Assembly: GCA_964001325.1 (NCBI GenBank)
Contig: CAXFCR010000001.1
Span: 398-64,397, forward strand
Direction: 5' to 3'
Source: an uncultured Gammaproteobacteria bacterium
GTDB taxonomy: Bacteria; Pseudomonadota; Gammaproteobacteria; Enterobacterales; UBA3532
Length of the DNA: 64,000 bases
The position numbers were made by a program, and so were the translations under genes. Under the pieces are notes generated by a model that ran no database searches, was not told the origin of the DNA, and saw nothing but the letters and a program-made list of their open reading frames with translations. Position 1 is the stretch's first letter; every line of letters begins with the position of its first letter. Positions 36,669 to 45,502 of this stretch are shown here, piece by piece.

Positions 36669-37818
36669 CGAGCAGCTCCGGTCCAACAATGCGAGTGGCT
36701 TCGCGTACAAAGTCGATTTGTGCCGGACACCAGGTGGTGCAGCGGCCGCATCCAACACACCCGATGCGGTCATATTGTTCGACCCAGGTGGCTAGCTTGT
36801 GTGTCATCCATTGGCGGTAGCGTAGTTTGGTATTTTCTCGCACCACTTCACCAACGATATAACTGTGATCCTGGTTAAAACAGGAATCCCATTCGCGATA
36901 GTGGCTGCTTGATTTCCCGTCGAGCTCCGGCTTTTCGACTTCTCGATGACAGAAGCAGGTTGGGCATACCGCAGTACAGTTGCCACAAGATAAACAACGC
37001 TCCGCAATCTCGTCCCAGATCGGATTATCCAACTGGGTCAATAATTTCGCATGTAAATCTTCATGTAAAAGCTTGGTTGACTGGCTGGCGGCCACGCTTT
37101 TTATCTGGCGTTCAGCTTCATCTAATTGCAAGCTGGATGCTTCGGTGGTGGCAAGGGTGTTCACGATGGTCGTGCCTTCATCGCTGCCAGCACGAATCAG
37201 AAAGCCTTCTTCGAGTTCGTCGAGAAGCAGGTCGTAGCCATCGAGAATTTCCGGTCCATCGCCCGTGGATTCGCAAAAGCAGGTATCGGCGCAATGGCTG
37301 CAATTCACGCCAACGAGAAATAACTTTTCCCGTCTTTCCGCATAGTACTCATCGCGATAAGTATTATGCAAAAAATGCTGATCCTGAATTTTAAGAGCCG
37401 CAATATCGCAGGCCCTTACACCAATAATGGCCGTTAACGGCGCATTGGGTTCGCCGGGTTTAAACACAAACCCGTTGTCGGTTTCAGAAACCTGCCAAAG
37501 CGTTTCTGTTGATGCATAAACATAGGGTTTGATGGCGCTATGTCCATTGGCCCAGCTAAAATTTCTTACGCCACCGGTGTGGGATAGCTGATAGCTACCG
37601 GGGGCTTGCTTTTCTTGAACACCAACGGGCAATTCGTCAAAGGAGCCAAGTTCAGTATAGGTTATTGCGCCGAGATCGACCTTGGGGCCGACAACGCGAT
37701 AACCCTTATTCGACAGCGTGTCATACAGCTGTGACAAGGATGAACGTGGCAAGAAGTGAGTGGCTGGCACTGGATACCTCCGTGAGTATGTGAGCAGTTT
37801 TCTCAGTACAGGATACAT
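36655..37818 (-). CDS. Hydrogenase beta subunit: 4Fe-4S dicluster protein (AsrA/HydB-like)
   Basis: The CLSCGNCTAVCPTCFC and CVGCGRCTTWCP motifs, 387 aa. It is the first gene of a beta-gamma-delta-alpha operon. Confidence 0.85.
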   Translation of the reverse strand: MYPVLRKLLTYSRRYPVPATHFLPRSSLSQLYDTLSNKGYRVVGPKVDLGAITYTELGSFDELPVGVQEKQAPGSYQLSHTGGVRNFSWANGHSAIKPYVYASTETLWQVSETDNGFVFKPGEPNAPLTAIIGVRACDIAALKIQDQHFLHNTYRDEYYAERREKLFLVGVNCSHCADTCFCESTGDGPEILDGYDLLLDELEEGFLIRAGSDEGTTIVNTLATTEASSLQLDEAERQIKSVAASQSTKLLHEDLHAKLLTQLDNPIWDEIAERCLSCGNCTAVCPTCFCHREVEKPELDGKSSSHYREWDSCFNQDHSYIVGEVVRENTKLRYRQWMTHKLATWVEQYDRIGCVGCGRCTTWCPAQIDFVREATRIVGPELLDDNQ

Positions 37819-37899
37819 TTTGGCTGAAACTTAGGTGTTAATTGATTGAGCAAGATCAAGTTTTCTTAGAATATTCCGACTAAAGTTGTGGTTATTCTG

Positions 37900-37913
37900 T
37901 TGATATTTGTCAA
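37900..37913. promoter_or_regulatory. Candidate FNR/CRP-family box TTGATatttGTCAA in the hydrogenase/hyp divergent region
   Basis: A 9/10 match to TTGAT-N4-ATCAA, centred about 88 nt upstream of the beta-subunit ATG and 12 nt upstream of the hypC ATG. Confidence 0.25.
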
Positions 37914-37924
37914 ACGAGGTTTTT

Positions 37925-38176
37925 ATGTGTTTGGGCATACCCATGCAAATTGAGTCGTTGGAAGAAAATGGGGTGGCAAAGTGCCATGCTGACGGCGTGA
38001 GGCGAGAGGTAAGTATTTCATTACTTGGAGAAAATTCGGTTGAGGTTGGTGACTTTGTGATGGTACATGTAGGCTACGCCATTCAAAAAGTATCGCCAGT
38101 GTTTGCTCGTTCGGCCTGGGAGACCACGGCCAAAATGCAGGCAGCAGGCGAGACTGATCAAATATCGGAAGTGTAG
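37925..38176 (+). CDS. hypC: Hydrogenase maturation chaperone HypC/HupF
   Basis: MCLGIPMQI N-terminus with the essential Cys2. The tracked start 37907 is too early. Confidence 0.9.
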   Translation: MCLGIPMQIESLEENGVAKCHADGVRREVSISLLGENSVEVGDFVMVHVGYAIQKVSPVFARSAWETTAKMQAAGETDQISEV

Positions 38177-38178
38177 TT

Positions 38179-38544
38179 ATGCATGAGCTATCCGTATGTC
38201 GTCAATTAGTTCAACAATTGACCCAATTGGCTCAAAAGCATCAAGCCACCAAGATCACGCTGGTAGAGCTATCCGTCGGGGCATTGTCGGGCATCGAACC
38301 TGATTTGTTAAAAATGGCCTTTCCTATGGCAGTCAAAGGTAGTGTTGCGGAAGACGCGACACTCAGCATTGTCTGTCAGCCCGTAACCGTAAAGTGTCGC
38401 GACTGCCACAAGGAGTCTGAAGTAGCGACTAATCAACTGACTTGTCCGCATTGTGCCAGCCATCAAACCCAGCTGACTGGCGGAGATGCGATGTTACTAA
38501 CCCGCTTTTCGATGCGGCAGGAAGAGGAGAATCATTGTGTGTGA
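38179..38544 (+). CDS. hypA: Hydrogenase nickel-insertion protein HypA
   Basis: MHELS N-terminus and a CxxC...CxxC zinc site (CRDCH...CPHCAS). Confidence 0.9.
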   Translation: MHELSVCRQLVQQLTQLAQKHQATKITLVELSVGALSGIEPDLLKMAFPMAVKGSVAEDATLSIVCQPVTVKCRDCHKESEVATNQLTCPHCASHQTQLTGGDAMLLTRFSMRQEEENHCV

Positions 38545-39298
38545 TAACTGTGGTTGCAATATTACTCATGGCAACGAGCATTTGTTGGGTGAAGGAGGAA
38601 AGCTCCATCAGGTTCATGGAGAGCTATCCGTTGAAGTACTGGAAAACCTGTTACATGAAAATGATCACCAGGCCAGCCACAACCGCGAGCATTTTGAAAA
38701 GCACAGGGTGCTGGCTATCAATCTCATGTCTTCGCCAGGGTCAGGAAAAACAACATTATTGCAAAAGGCTTTGCCTGTTTTAGGCAAAAAGTACCGTGTT
38801 GCAGTGGTTGAAGGCGATCTGGAAACAGAAAACGATGCCCAGCGGCTTCGCGATGCGGGCGTTGAGGCCATTCAAATCACTACCGGCAGTGCTTGTCATC
38901 TGGATTCGCATATGGTGCACGATGCACTTCACAAACTGAACCTGGCCGAGCTGGATATCGTTTTCATAGAAAATGTAGGTAACCTCGTTTGCCCAGCCAG
39001 TTTTGATTTGGGGCATCACTTGAATGTTGTCATGCTATCGGTTACGGAAGGGGATGATAAACCATCAAAGTATCCGGTTATGTTTCGCGCTGCCGATTTG
39101 ATGTTAATCACCAAAACCGACTTGTTGCCATATTTGGATGACTTTAGTTGCGAGCGTGCTGAAATGGCCATGAGTCAACTAGCTAAACCCATTGAAATTA
39201 TACAAGTATCGGCGCGCAATGAAGAGAGTTATGCGCCTTGGATTGCTTGGATTGAGCAGCAATGGAAAACACGTTATGAGGTAGCTCAGAGCGCATGA
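38537..39298 (+). CDS. hypB: Hydrogenase nickel-incorporation GTPase HypB
   Basis: N-terminal CDNCGC (CxxCGC) site and a G1 motif SSPGSGKTT. 253 aa. Confidence 0.93.
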   Translation: MCDNCGCNITHGNEHLLGEGGKLHQVHGELSVEVLENLLHENDHQASHNREHFEKHRVLAINLMSSPGSGKTTLLQKALPVLGKKYRVAVVEGDLETENDAQRLRDAGVEAIQITTGSACHLDSHMVHDALHKLNLAELDIVFIENVGNLVCPASFDLGHHLNVVMLSVTEGDDKPSKYPVMFRAADLMLITKTDLLPYLDDFSCERAEMAMSQLAKPIEIIQVSARNEESYAPWIAWIEQQWKTRYEVAQSA

Positions 39299-40389
39299 AA
39301 AATATTACCGAAGCAAAAAAATGGATGCACAAGATCAAAGAGTTGGATCTTCCCGATACGCCCATTCGCATCATGAATGTTTGTGGCGGGCATGAGCGTT
39401 CGATTACCCATGCTGGCTTGCGGGGCGTTTTGCCTGAACAGGTGGAGTTAGTTCCTGGTCCCGGATGTCCTGTCTGTGTCTGTCCAGAAGAAGATGTTTA
39501 TGCGGCTATCCAGGTTAGCTTAAATCACGACGTAACGCTGGTCGCTTTTGGCGATATGCTCCGAGTGCCGGTCAATGTACCAAGGTCGCAGGCTCGTTCG
39601 CTGGAGGAAGCCAAAGCCAAAGGTGCGGATATTCGGCCCATCGCCTCACCGATGGAAGCTGTTGCCATCGCTGATGCCAACCCTAATCGAACAGTGGTTT
39701 TTTTCGCGGCTGGTTTTGAAACGACTATGGCTCCAGTGGCCGCAATGCTTGCCTTCGAAGAGCGTCCAAATCTAAAAGTTTTGATCAGCGGTCGTCTCAC
39801 ATGGCCTGCAGTTGCCTTATTGCTCGACAGTGATTCACCAGGATTTGATTGCCTGGTTGCTCCTGGGCATGTTGCGACAGTCATGGGCGGTGATGAATGG
39901 CGCTTCGTTGCCGAAAAACACAAGCTGCCAGCAGCTGTTGCCGGTTTTGAGCCAGATAGCTTGTTAGCCGCCTTTTATTCGACATTACGGCAGTTTACTG
40001 AAGGCTCAGCTTTCCTTGATAATTGCTATCAGGAGTTGGTCACCGATGAGGGAAATCAGCCAGCTCAAAGTATTATGCAACGCGTATTTAAGGTAACCGA
40101 CGCCAATTGGCGAGGAATTGGTATCATTCCTCAGTCGGGTTTTGAGCTCGCTGAAGCTTATCAACACCTGGATGCTCGAAATGACTATCCCGCCTATCAT
40201 GAAGAAGCGCGTCAAAAAGCCGGTGAAAACCCTCCAGGCTGCGACTGTGCCCAGGTGGTTCTAGCCAAGATCCGTCCGAATGAATGCCGGTTGTATGGTA
40301 AAGCATGCACGCCAAGAACACCCTATGGGCCTTGTATGGTCTCCGATGAGGGAGCCTGTCGGATCTGGTGGGCTGGCGGACTAAGATAA
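39295..40389 (+). CDS. hypD: Hydrogenase Fe(CN)2CO assembly protein HypD
   Basis: The GPGCPVCV motif and C-terminal Cys cluster, 364 aa. Confidence 0.95.
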   Translation: MKNITEAKKWMHKIKELDLPDTPIRIMNVCGGHERSITHAGLRGVLPEQVELVPGPGCPVCVCPEEDVYAAIQVSLNHDVTLVAFGDMLRVPVNVPRSQARSLEEAKAKGADIRPIASPMEAVAIADANPNRTVVFFAAGFETTMAPVAAMLAFEERPNLKVLISGRLTWPAVALLLDSDSPGFDCLVAPGHVATVMGGDEWRFVAEKHKLPAAVAGFEPDSLLAAFYSTLRQFTEGSAFLDNCYQELVTDEGNQPAQSIMQRVFKVTDANWRGIGIIPQSGFELAEAYQHLDARNDYPAYHEEARQKAGENPPGCDCAQVVLAKIRPNECRLYGKACTPRTPYGPCMVSDEGACRIWWAGGLR

Positions 40390-40394
40390 GCGCT

Positions 40395-42686
40395 ATGTCC
40401 AGTAGTATCCATGCACGAACTCTCACTGTTAGCGGTAAGGTGCAAGGCGTCGGTTTTCGTCCGTTTGTCTATCAGCTTTCGACGCAGCTGGGCCTAACTG
40501 GCTGGGTTGAAAATCGCTGTGGTGAGGTGGCGATTTGGTGGGAGGGTATTGAAGCATCGTTGGATGCTGCTATAGGTAGGCTGATCACGGAGGCTCCACC
40601 TTTAGCTCAGCCTGTGATCAGTCAAATAGATACCGCCACATCTGTAGGCTTTGCTCGTTTTGAAATTAGAGCGAGTTGTCAGTCTGAGCATGTCGATATT
40701 CATTTGCCTGCAGATTTTTTTATGTGCCCAAAGTGCCAAGCTGAGTTAACAGAAAAGGGCAATCGGCGTCATGAATATCCTTTTATCAACTGCACCCACT
40801 GTGGGCCACGCTATACCATTATTGAGGCGTTGCCTTATGATCGTCCCTCCACGACGATGGCTGGCTTTCCATTGTGTGAGGCTTGTGCAAGCGAGTACAG
40901 CAATCCCGGTGACCGGCGATTTCATGCTCAGCCGATAGCCTGTCCAGATTGCGGGCCTCAACTTGAATATATCGAGAAACAACAAAAAATCACCGAAAAT
41001 ACAGAAGCAATTGCTGCGACGGTTAGTGCGTTGCGACGTGGCTGCATCATTGCCGTAAAGGGCATAGGTGGCTATCACTTGTTGGCTGATGCTTTAAACG
41101 ATGAAGCCATTGCCAGGTTGCGTGCTCGAAAACAGCGTCCCGATAAACCCTTTGCGGTTATGTTTCCTTGGTTGGGAGGTGATGGCACCGAAGACATTCA
41201 ACGCTATACAACTCCAAGCTCACGAGAATTGGCATTACTGTGCAGCCATGAGCGGCCAATTGTGTTGGTGGAGGCGGGGCAAGAACAACGGGCACAAGCG
41301 CTTAGCCGTCGAGTATCGGGTGCGTTGGGGCGAATCGGTGTCATGCTGCCTTACAGCCCTTTACATTTTCTATTGCTGCGTTCCTTTAATGGGCCATTGG
41401 TGGCGACGTCAGGCAATATCAGTGGCGAACCCGTAATTATTGATAATAGGATGGCGGAGCAACGATTGGCACGTTTTGCCGATGCTATGCTGCATCACAA
41501 CCGACCTATCGTGCGTCCCGCGGATGATAGCGTTGTTCAAGTTATTGCTAACCGGCAGGCTCCTATCCGGCTCGGACGAGGGACGGCTCCTTTGGAAGGG
41601 CGACTGCCTTTTACTTTGGATGAGCCGGTTGTCGCCTTTGGAGCGCAGCAGAAAAACACCTTATGCCTGGCTTGGAGAGATCGGTTTGTTCTGTCGCCAC
41701 ACATTGGTGATATGGGAGCTCGTCGTAGCTTGGAGGTATTGCAGGGTGTTTGTGATGACCTAAGCCGGCTTTATCAAGTGAAGCCGAAACAGTGCTTAAT
41801 CGATCATCATCCAAGCTATAGCTACCGGCGTATTGCCGAGCGCAATGATTGGCAAGTTCATAAAGTGTGGCACCACCATGCTCACGCCAGCGCTCTGTGT
41901 GCGGAGCATTGCGCTGATGATTGGCTGATTTTTTCTTGGGATGGCGTTGGTTTTGGGCCGGATAAAACCCTATGGGGTGGTGAGGCTTTTACTGGGCAGC
42001 CCGGTAATTGGGCGCGCATAGCGACGATTCAGCCATTTCGTCTACCTGGCGGTGACAAAGTGTTTAACGAGCCATGGCGCGTGGCGGCAGCGCTACTGTG
42101 GGAGGCCGGAATCGAAGAGCCTCGTGCATTGCCGGAGCAGGCGGTCTTGTTAGAGCGGGCATGGGCCAATCAGATACAATCGCCCCAAACCAGCTCGATA
42201 GGGCGGCTATTTGACGGTGTGGCATGGCTACTAGGTATTGTTGATGATACCTCCTTTGACGGCCAAGCTCCGATGCTGCTGCAACGCCATGCAGAGGCTT
42301 TTGCTTCAAAAGCGACACCGGCTGATTGGGATAGAGCCAATAGCATGGCTGAAAGTTCAATAACGCGGAAAGATGAATTCATGAAATTGAATTGGTCTGA
42401 TTGGCTAGCTGAACTCTGTTATGGAGAACGAAGTGTCAACGAGCGGGCCTGGTATTTTCATGCCTTGTTGGTGGAATATATCCTGATTGTTGCTCACAGC
42501 CAAAGTGTGCTTAAACCCGCTATTGGCTTGACAGGTGGGGTGTTTCAGAACCGGCTTTTAGTCAATATGTTTAGCCATCGCGCCAAGCAATATCGGTTTG
42601 ATTGGTATACCGGCCGTCAATATCCAGTGAATGATGGTGCGCTAAGTCTTGGTCAGGTACTGGAGTGGGGCGCGATGCGTACTTGA
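40395..42686 (+). CDS. hypF: Carbamoyltransferase HypF
   Basis: An acylphosphatase domain (VSGKVQGVGFRPF), two Zn-finger pairs (CPKC..., CTHCGPRY, CEAC, CPDCGP), and YrdC-like and Kae1-like domains. Confidence 0.95.
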   Translation: MSSSIHARTLTVSGKVQGVGFRPFVYQLSTQLGLTGWVENRCGEVAIWWEGIEASLDAAIGRLITEAPPLAQPVISQIDTATSVGFARFEIRASCQSEHVDIHLPADFFMCPKCQAELTEKGNRRHEYPFINCTHCGPRYTIIEALPYDRPSTTMAGFPLCEACASEYSNPGDRRFHAQPIACPDCGPQLEYIEKQQKITENTEAIAATVSALRRGCIIAVKGIGGYHLLADALNDEAIARLRARKQRPDKPFAVMFPWLGGDGTEDIQRYTTPSSRELALLCSHERPIVLVEAGQEQRAQALSRRVSGALGRIGVMLPYSPLHFLLLRSFNGPLVATSGNISGEPVIIDNRMAEQRLARFADAMLHHNRPIVRPADDSVVQVIANRQAPIRLGRGTAPLEGRLPFTLDEPVVAFGAQQKNTLCLAWRDRFVLSPHIGDMGARRSLEVLQGVCDDLSRLYQVKPKQCLIDHHPSYSYRRIAERNDWQVHKVWHHHAHASALCAEHCADDWLIFSWDGVGFGPDKTLWGGEAFTGQPGNWARIATIQPFRLPGGDKVFNEPWRVAAALLWEAGIEEPRALPEQAVLLERAWANQIQSPQTSSIGRLFDGVAWLLGIVDDTSFDGQAPMLLQRHAEAFASKATPADWDRANSMAESSITRKDEFMKLNWSDWLAELCYGERSVNERAWYFHALLVEYILIVAHSQSVLKPAIGLTGGVFQNRLLVNMFSHRAKQYRFDWYTGRQYPVNDGALSLGQVLEWGAMRT

Positions 42687-42738
42687 GCAAACAATACCTA
42701 CTTGAACTAACAATACCTACTTGAACTAACAATAGATG
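42681..42738. repeat. 19-20 bp tandem repeat x3 starting at the hypF stop codon
   Basis: tacttgagcaaacaatacc / tacttgaactaacaatacc / tacttgaactaacaatag. Confidence 0.85.
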
Positions 42739-42781
42739 AAAGAACTTGTCCTAAAAAATAATTGATATAGAGGAATACCCA

Positions 42782-43786
42782 ATGCAGGATAAATATATTC
42801 GGTTGGCTCATGGCAACGGTGGTCGGTTGATGCGCGAGCTGATTGATAGCTTGATAAGTCCTTACCTACCCAAAGATCTGGATACAACGCTGGACGCATC
42901 GCCCGTGCCAGTGCGCAGCGGTATGGAAATGCTGATGTCTACCGACAGTTTTACAGTACAGCCGCTTTTCTTTCCCGGAGGTAATATTGGTCACTTAGCC
43001 GTGCATGGCACGGTAAACGATTTGGCCGTTAGTGGTGCTGAACCGTCCCATCTGACATTGAATCTGGTCCTGGAAGAAGGCTTGGCTGCTTCTGAATTAG
43101 AGATTGTTATGGCGGGTTTTGCTGAAGCGGCTAATGCGGCTGGTGTTAAAGTCTGTGCCGGTGATACCAAAGTGGTGCCTAAGGGGCAGGGCAGTGGTAT
43201 TTATATGGTGACTACTGGCATAGGTTGGAAGTCTCCAGAGCTTGAGCTGTCGATGCATTGCATTCAGGCTGGGGACAAGATCGTTGTTAGTGGCTCGGTT
43301 GGCGATCATGGGATTGCGGTAATGATGGCGCGGGAGCAATTCGGACTTAGTGGTGACGTTAAGTCGGACGCCGCCTGCGTCTTGCCCTTTACACGTGTCG
43401 GGCGCGATATTTCTGGCGTGCGTTTTATGCGCGATCCAACCAGAGGTGGGGTTGCTACCGTTTTACATGAACTACAAATAACCACTGAGCTGGGTATAGA
43501 AATAGATGAGTCTGCGGTGCCAGTAAAGCCTGCGGTGCGTTCGGTTTGTGATCTGTTAGGCTATGATCCATATTATTTAGCGTGCGAAGGTCGAGTTGTC
43601 GCCGTAGTTGCTGCTGAGCACGCTGAGGCGTTGGTTGCCCAGTGGCGAGCTCTACCTGACGGTCAGGAAGCTGCGATTATAGGAGAGTTTGTTGCGGCGC
43701 AGGATGGGGTTTGGTTAAACACTCCACTAGGTGGCCAACGCTACCTGGAGCAGTTGGAAGACGAGCCCTTGCCAAGGATTTGTTAG
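42782..43786 (+). CDS. hypE: Hydrogenase maturation protein HypE
   Basis: A PurM-like fold, 334 aa, ending in the PRIC motif. Confidence 0.95.
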   Translation: MQDKYIRLAHGNGGRLMRELIDSLISPYLPKDLDTTLDASPVPVRSGMEMLMSTDSFTVQPLFFPGGNIGHLAVHGTVNDLAVSGAEPSHLTLNLVLEEGLAASELEIVMAGFAEAANAAGVKVCAGDTKVVPKGQGSGIYMVTTGIGWKSPELELSMHCIQAGDKIVVSGSVGDHGIAVMMAREQFGLSGDVKSDAACVLPFTRVGRDISGVRFMRDPTRGGVATVLHELQITTELGIEIDESAVPVKPAVRSVCDLLGYDPYYLACEGRVVAVVAAEHAEALVAQWRALPDGQEAAIIGEFVAAQDGVWLNTPLGGQRYLEQLEDEPLPRIC

Positions 43787-44013
43787 TAGAAACCTGCGTC
43801 GGATCAAATCTTGGTGCAGTTATTATTGAGATAAGCCGAACTTATAATATACAATACTGTCATAATCAGTGGTTATCATTGACTTGCTTGGATAGTTAAA
43901 GTTGAGCGATAGATAACCACTAATCAGAAGAAAATCAGCTCTTATCCGTGTAGGTAAAGCGTTAGCTACTAAATATTGTCTATAATATAAGCAATTGTTG
44001 GCACTTTGTCGCA

Positions 44014-44454
44014 ATGCAGGATGAGGATCTGATTATGCAAGGTCATAACAGTGAACAACGTGGCGTATTTTCTGTGGATGAAATGGATTTTAACCTTCAG
44101 GCGCAGTTTCGTCCGCTAAAAACAATGCATGTGGTTAACGTTCCCGTGCAGATGTCAGCCGATCTTGGCGAGAGCATGTCTGATGTCGCTTTCTTTACCT
44201 GGCAGGTTGTCAGCTTGAGCGATCAACGTGTGATTAGCGAGTCTATTGGTACATCACGCTACTTTTCTTTTATTCCCAAATCATCAGGTAATTACGCGGT
44301 CAGTTTGACGGTTGAAGACGCCTCTGGTCTGCAAGATACCTATGTCGACTGTATTGAAGTCATTGAGCATCCAGTTATACTCGATGACGAGCGGGATCAA
44401 ATGGATGAAGGTGAATTGGCGACTTGGAGTTCCAGTCAAGATACAAGGCTATAG
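44014..44454 (+). CDS. Hypothetical protein with a PKD/Ig-like domain signature and no signal peptide
   Basis: FFTWQV....SGNYAVSLTVEDASG resembles the PKD consensus (W...G.Y.V.LTV.D..G). The start could be 44035. Confidence 0.45.
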   Translation: MQDEDLIMQGHNSEQRGVFSVDEMDFNLQAQFRPLKTMHVVNVPVQMSADLGESMSDVAFFTWQVVSLSDQRVISESIGTSRYFSFIPKSSGNYAVSLTVEDASGLQDTYVDCIEVIEHPVILDDERDQMDEGELATWSSSQDTRL

Positions 44455-44465
44455 TACTCTCAACT

Positions 44466-45002
44466 ATGGAAAGCTACTATGACAAGGATATATACCTTCC
44501 TGCGCTGAATAGCCAAGGAGAAATAACGGGAGGGGTTGAGCGCTGGAAAGCTCATCGTGAAGGGATTCTTCATCAAGCTTTTACTCTCGCGCTAACTTTT
44601 GAAGGTAAAGTGCTATGCCAAAAGCGCCATCATCCGGTTTTTGGTGGCTTTTGGGATCTTTCCGCTTCATCACATCCTCAGTGGCAAAATGGCGTTGTAG
44701 TTCGCTCTATTGATATGCTGTTACCTACGGTAGAACGCGAATGGTCTCTTCCCGAGGGCTTTGTCATGGAGCAGCCGCGCCGATTGGGCGAAATTAAGTA
44801 TAAGGCTCAGCATCACGACTTTATAGAGCATGAGCTTTGTGAGTTTTTTTGTGCGGAGATTAATCTTATTCCCGGTTATCAACCCGAAGTTGCGAGCGAC
44901 CAGCAGTGTTGTTTACCCCAAAATATTCAGAGTTTAACCCCCCTCGCTCCTTGGGTTGAAGAAGCCATCAACGCTGGTGTTTTGGCTGAGCTAGATATTT
45001 GA
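44466..45002 (+). CDS. Type-1 isopentenyl-diphosphate isomerase-like Nudix-fold protein with the catalytic Cys replaced by Ser
   Basis: It aligns by eye to E. coli Idi: LNSQGE..G..ER..AH, LHQAF, W(D)LSASSHPQ (E. coli has WTNSVCGHPQ) and IEHELCEFF (E. coli has VENEVCPVF). Confidence 0.65.
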   Translation: MESYYDKDIYLPALNSQGEITGGVERWKAHREGILHQAFTLALTFEGKVLCQKRHHPVFGGFWDLSASSHPQWQNGVVVRSIDMLLPTVEREWSLPEGFVMEQPRRLGEIKYKAQHHDFIEHELCEFFCAEINLIPGYQPEVASDQQCCLPQNIQSLTPLAPWVEEAINAGVLAELDI

Positions 45003-45025
45003 AGTGGTGCTTAGGTAGACGCGGG

Positions 45026-45487
45026 TCAAGAGTGATTGGCTGCTTGCTCTGTAATCTCAACACTGGGTAGCAGGCGCTGCATTAAAAAATCAGGCTTTTT
45101 CAAAAAATCCGCTAGCGTATATTCGTTTAATACCGCCATAAATGCGCGTGTCGCTTTATTCAGCACCCCAAATAGCTGGCAGCTTCCCGCAATTGGGCAG
45201 GCAACTTGCTCACAGTCTATAGGACAAAGTGTCGTTTCAAAGTCTGTTACGACTTGACCAATGACAATAGACTCGGCGGGCTTCCCAAGCATTACGCCAC
45301 CATTTTTACCGCGCACCGTATCTAAATAACCTAACGAGCCCAGCTTGTGTACCACTTTGATTAAATGGTTGTGAGACATATTAAACTGACGCCCGATTTC
45401 GGTCACCGAGACTCGCTCGCCTTCCGGCTGCAATCCAACATATAGCAGGGTGCGGAGGGCGAAATCGGTATGTCTGGTCAGTTGCAT
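45026..45487 (-). CDS. nsrR: Rrf2-family NO-sensing repressor NsrR
   Basis: MQLTRHTDFALRTLLY...VRGKNGG..LGKPA..I.IG.VV closely parallels E. coli NsrR. A Cys cluster (CPIDCEQVACPIAGSC) is present. Confidence 0.85.
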   Translation of the reverse strand: MQLTRHTDFALRTLLYVGLQPEGERVSVTEIGRQFNMSHNHLIKVVHKLGSLGYLDTVRGKNGGVMLGKPAESIVIGQVVTDFETTLCPIDCEQVACPIAGSCQLFGVLNKATRAFMAVLNEYTLADFLKKPDFLMQRLLPSVEITEQAANHS

Positions 45488-45502
45488 ATAATTGCCTGTT
45501 GC

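Noticed and set aside
42681-42738. The tandem repeats (here and at 32698, 46549 and 61201) as a possible CRISPR array
   Set aside because: The units are contiguous with no spacers, number only 2-5 copies, are 18-22 bp long, and several are in-frame coding sequence. No cas genes are present.
33070-43786. The hydrogenase block as a classical mobile genomic island
   Set aside because: I saw no integrase, transposase, tRNA attachment site or flanking direct repeats. Acquisition is only inferred from context, so it is reported as a hypothesis rather than a mobile_element feature.
43999-44013. Sigma54-like TGGCAC-N5-CGCA immediately before the PKD-like ORF
   Set aside because: The GG-to-GC spacing is one nucleotide short of the -24/-12 consensus, the -12 element is CGCA rather than TTGC, and the site abuts the ATG.
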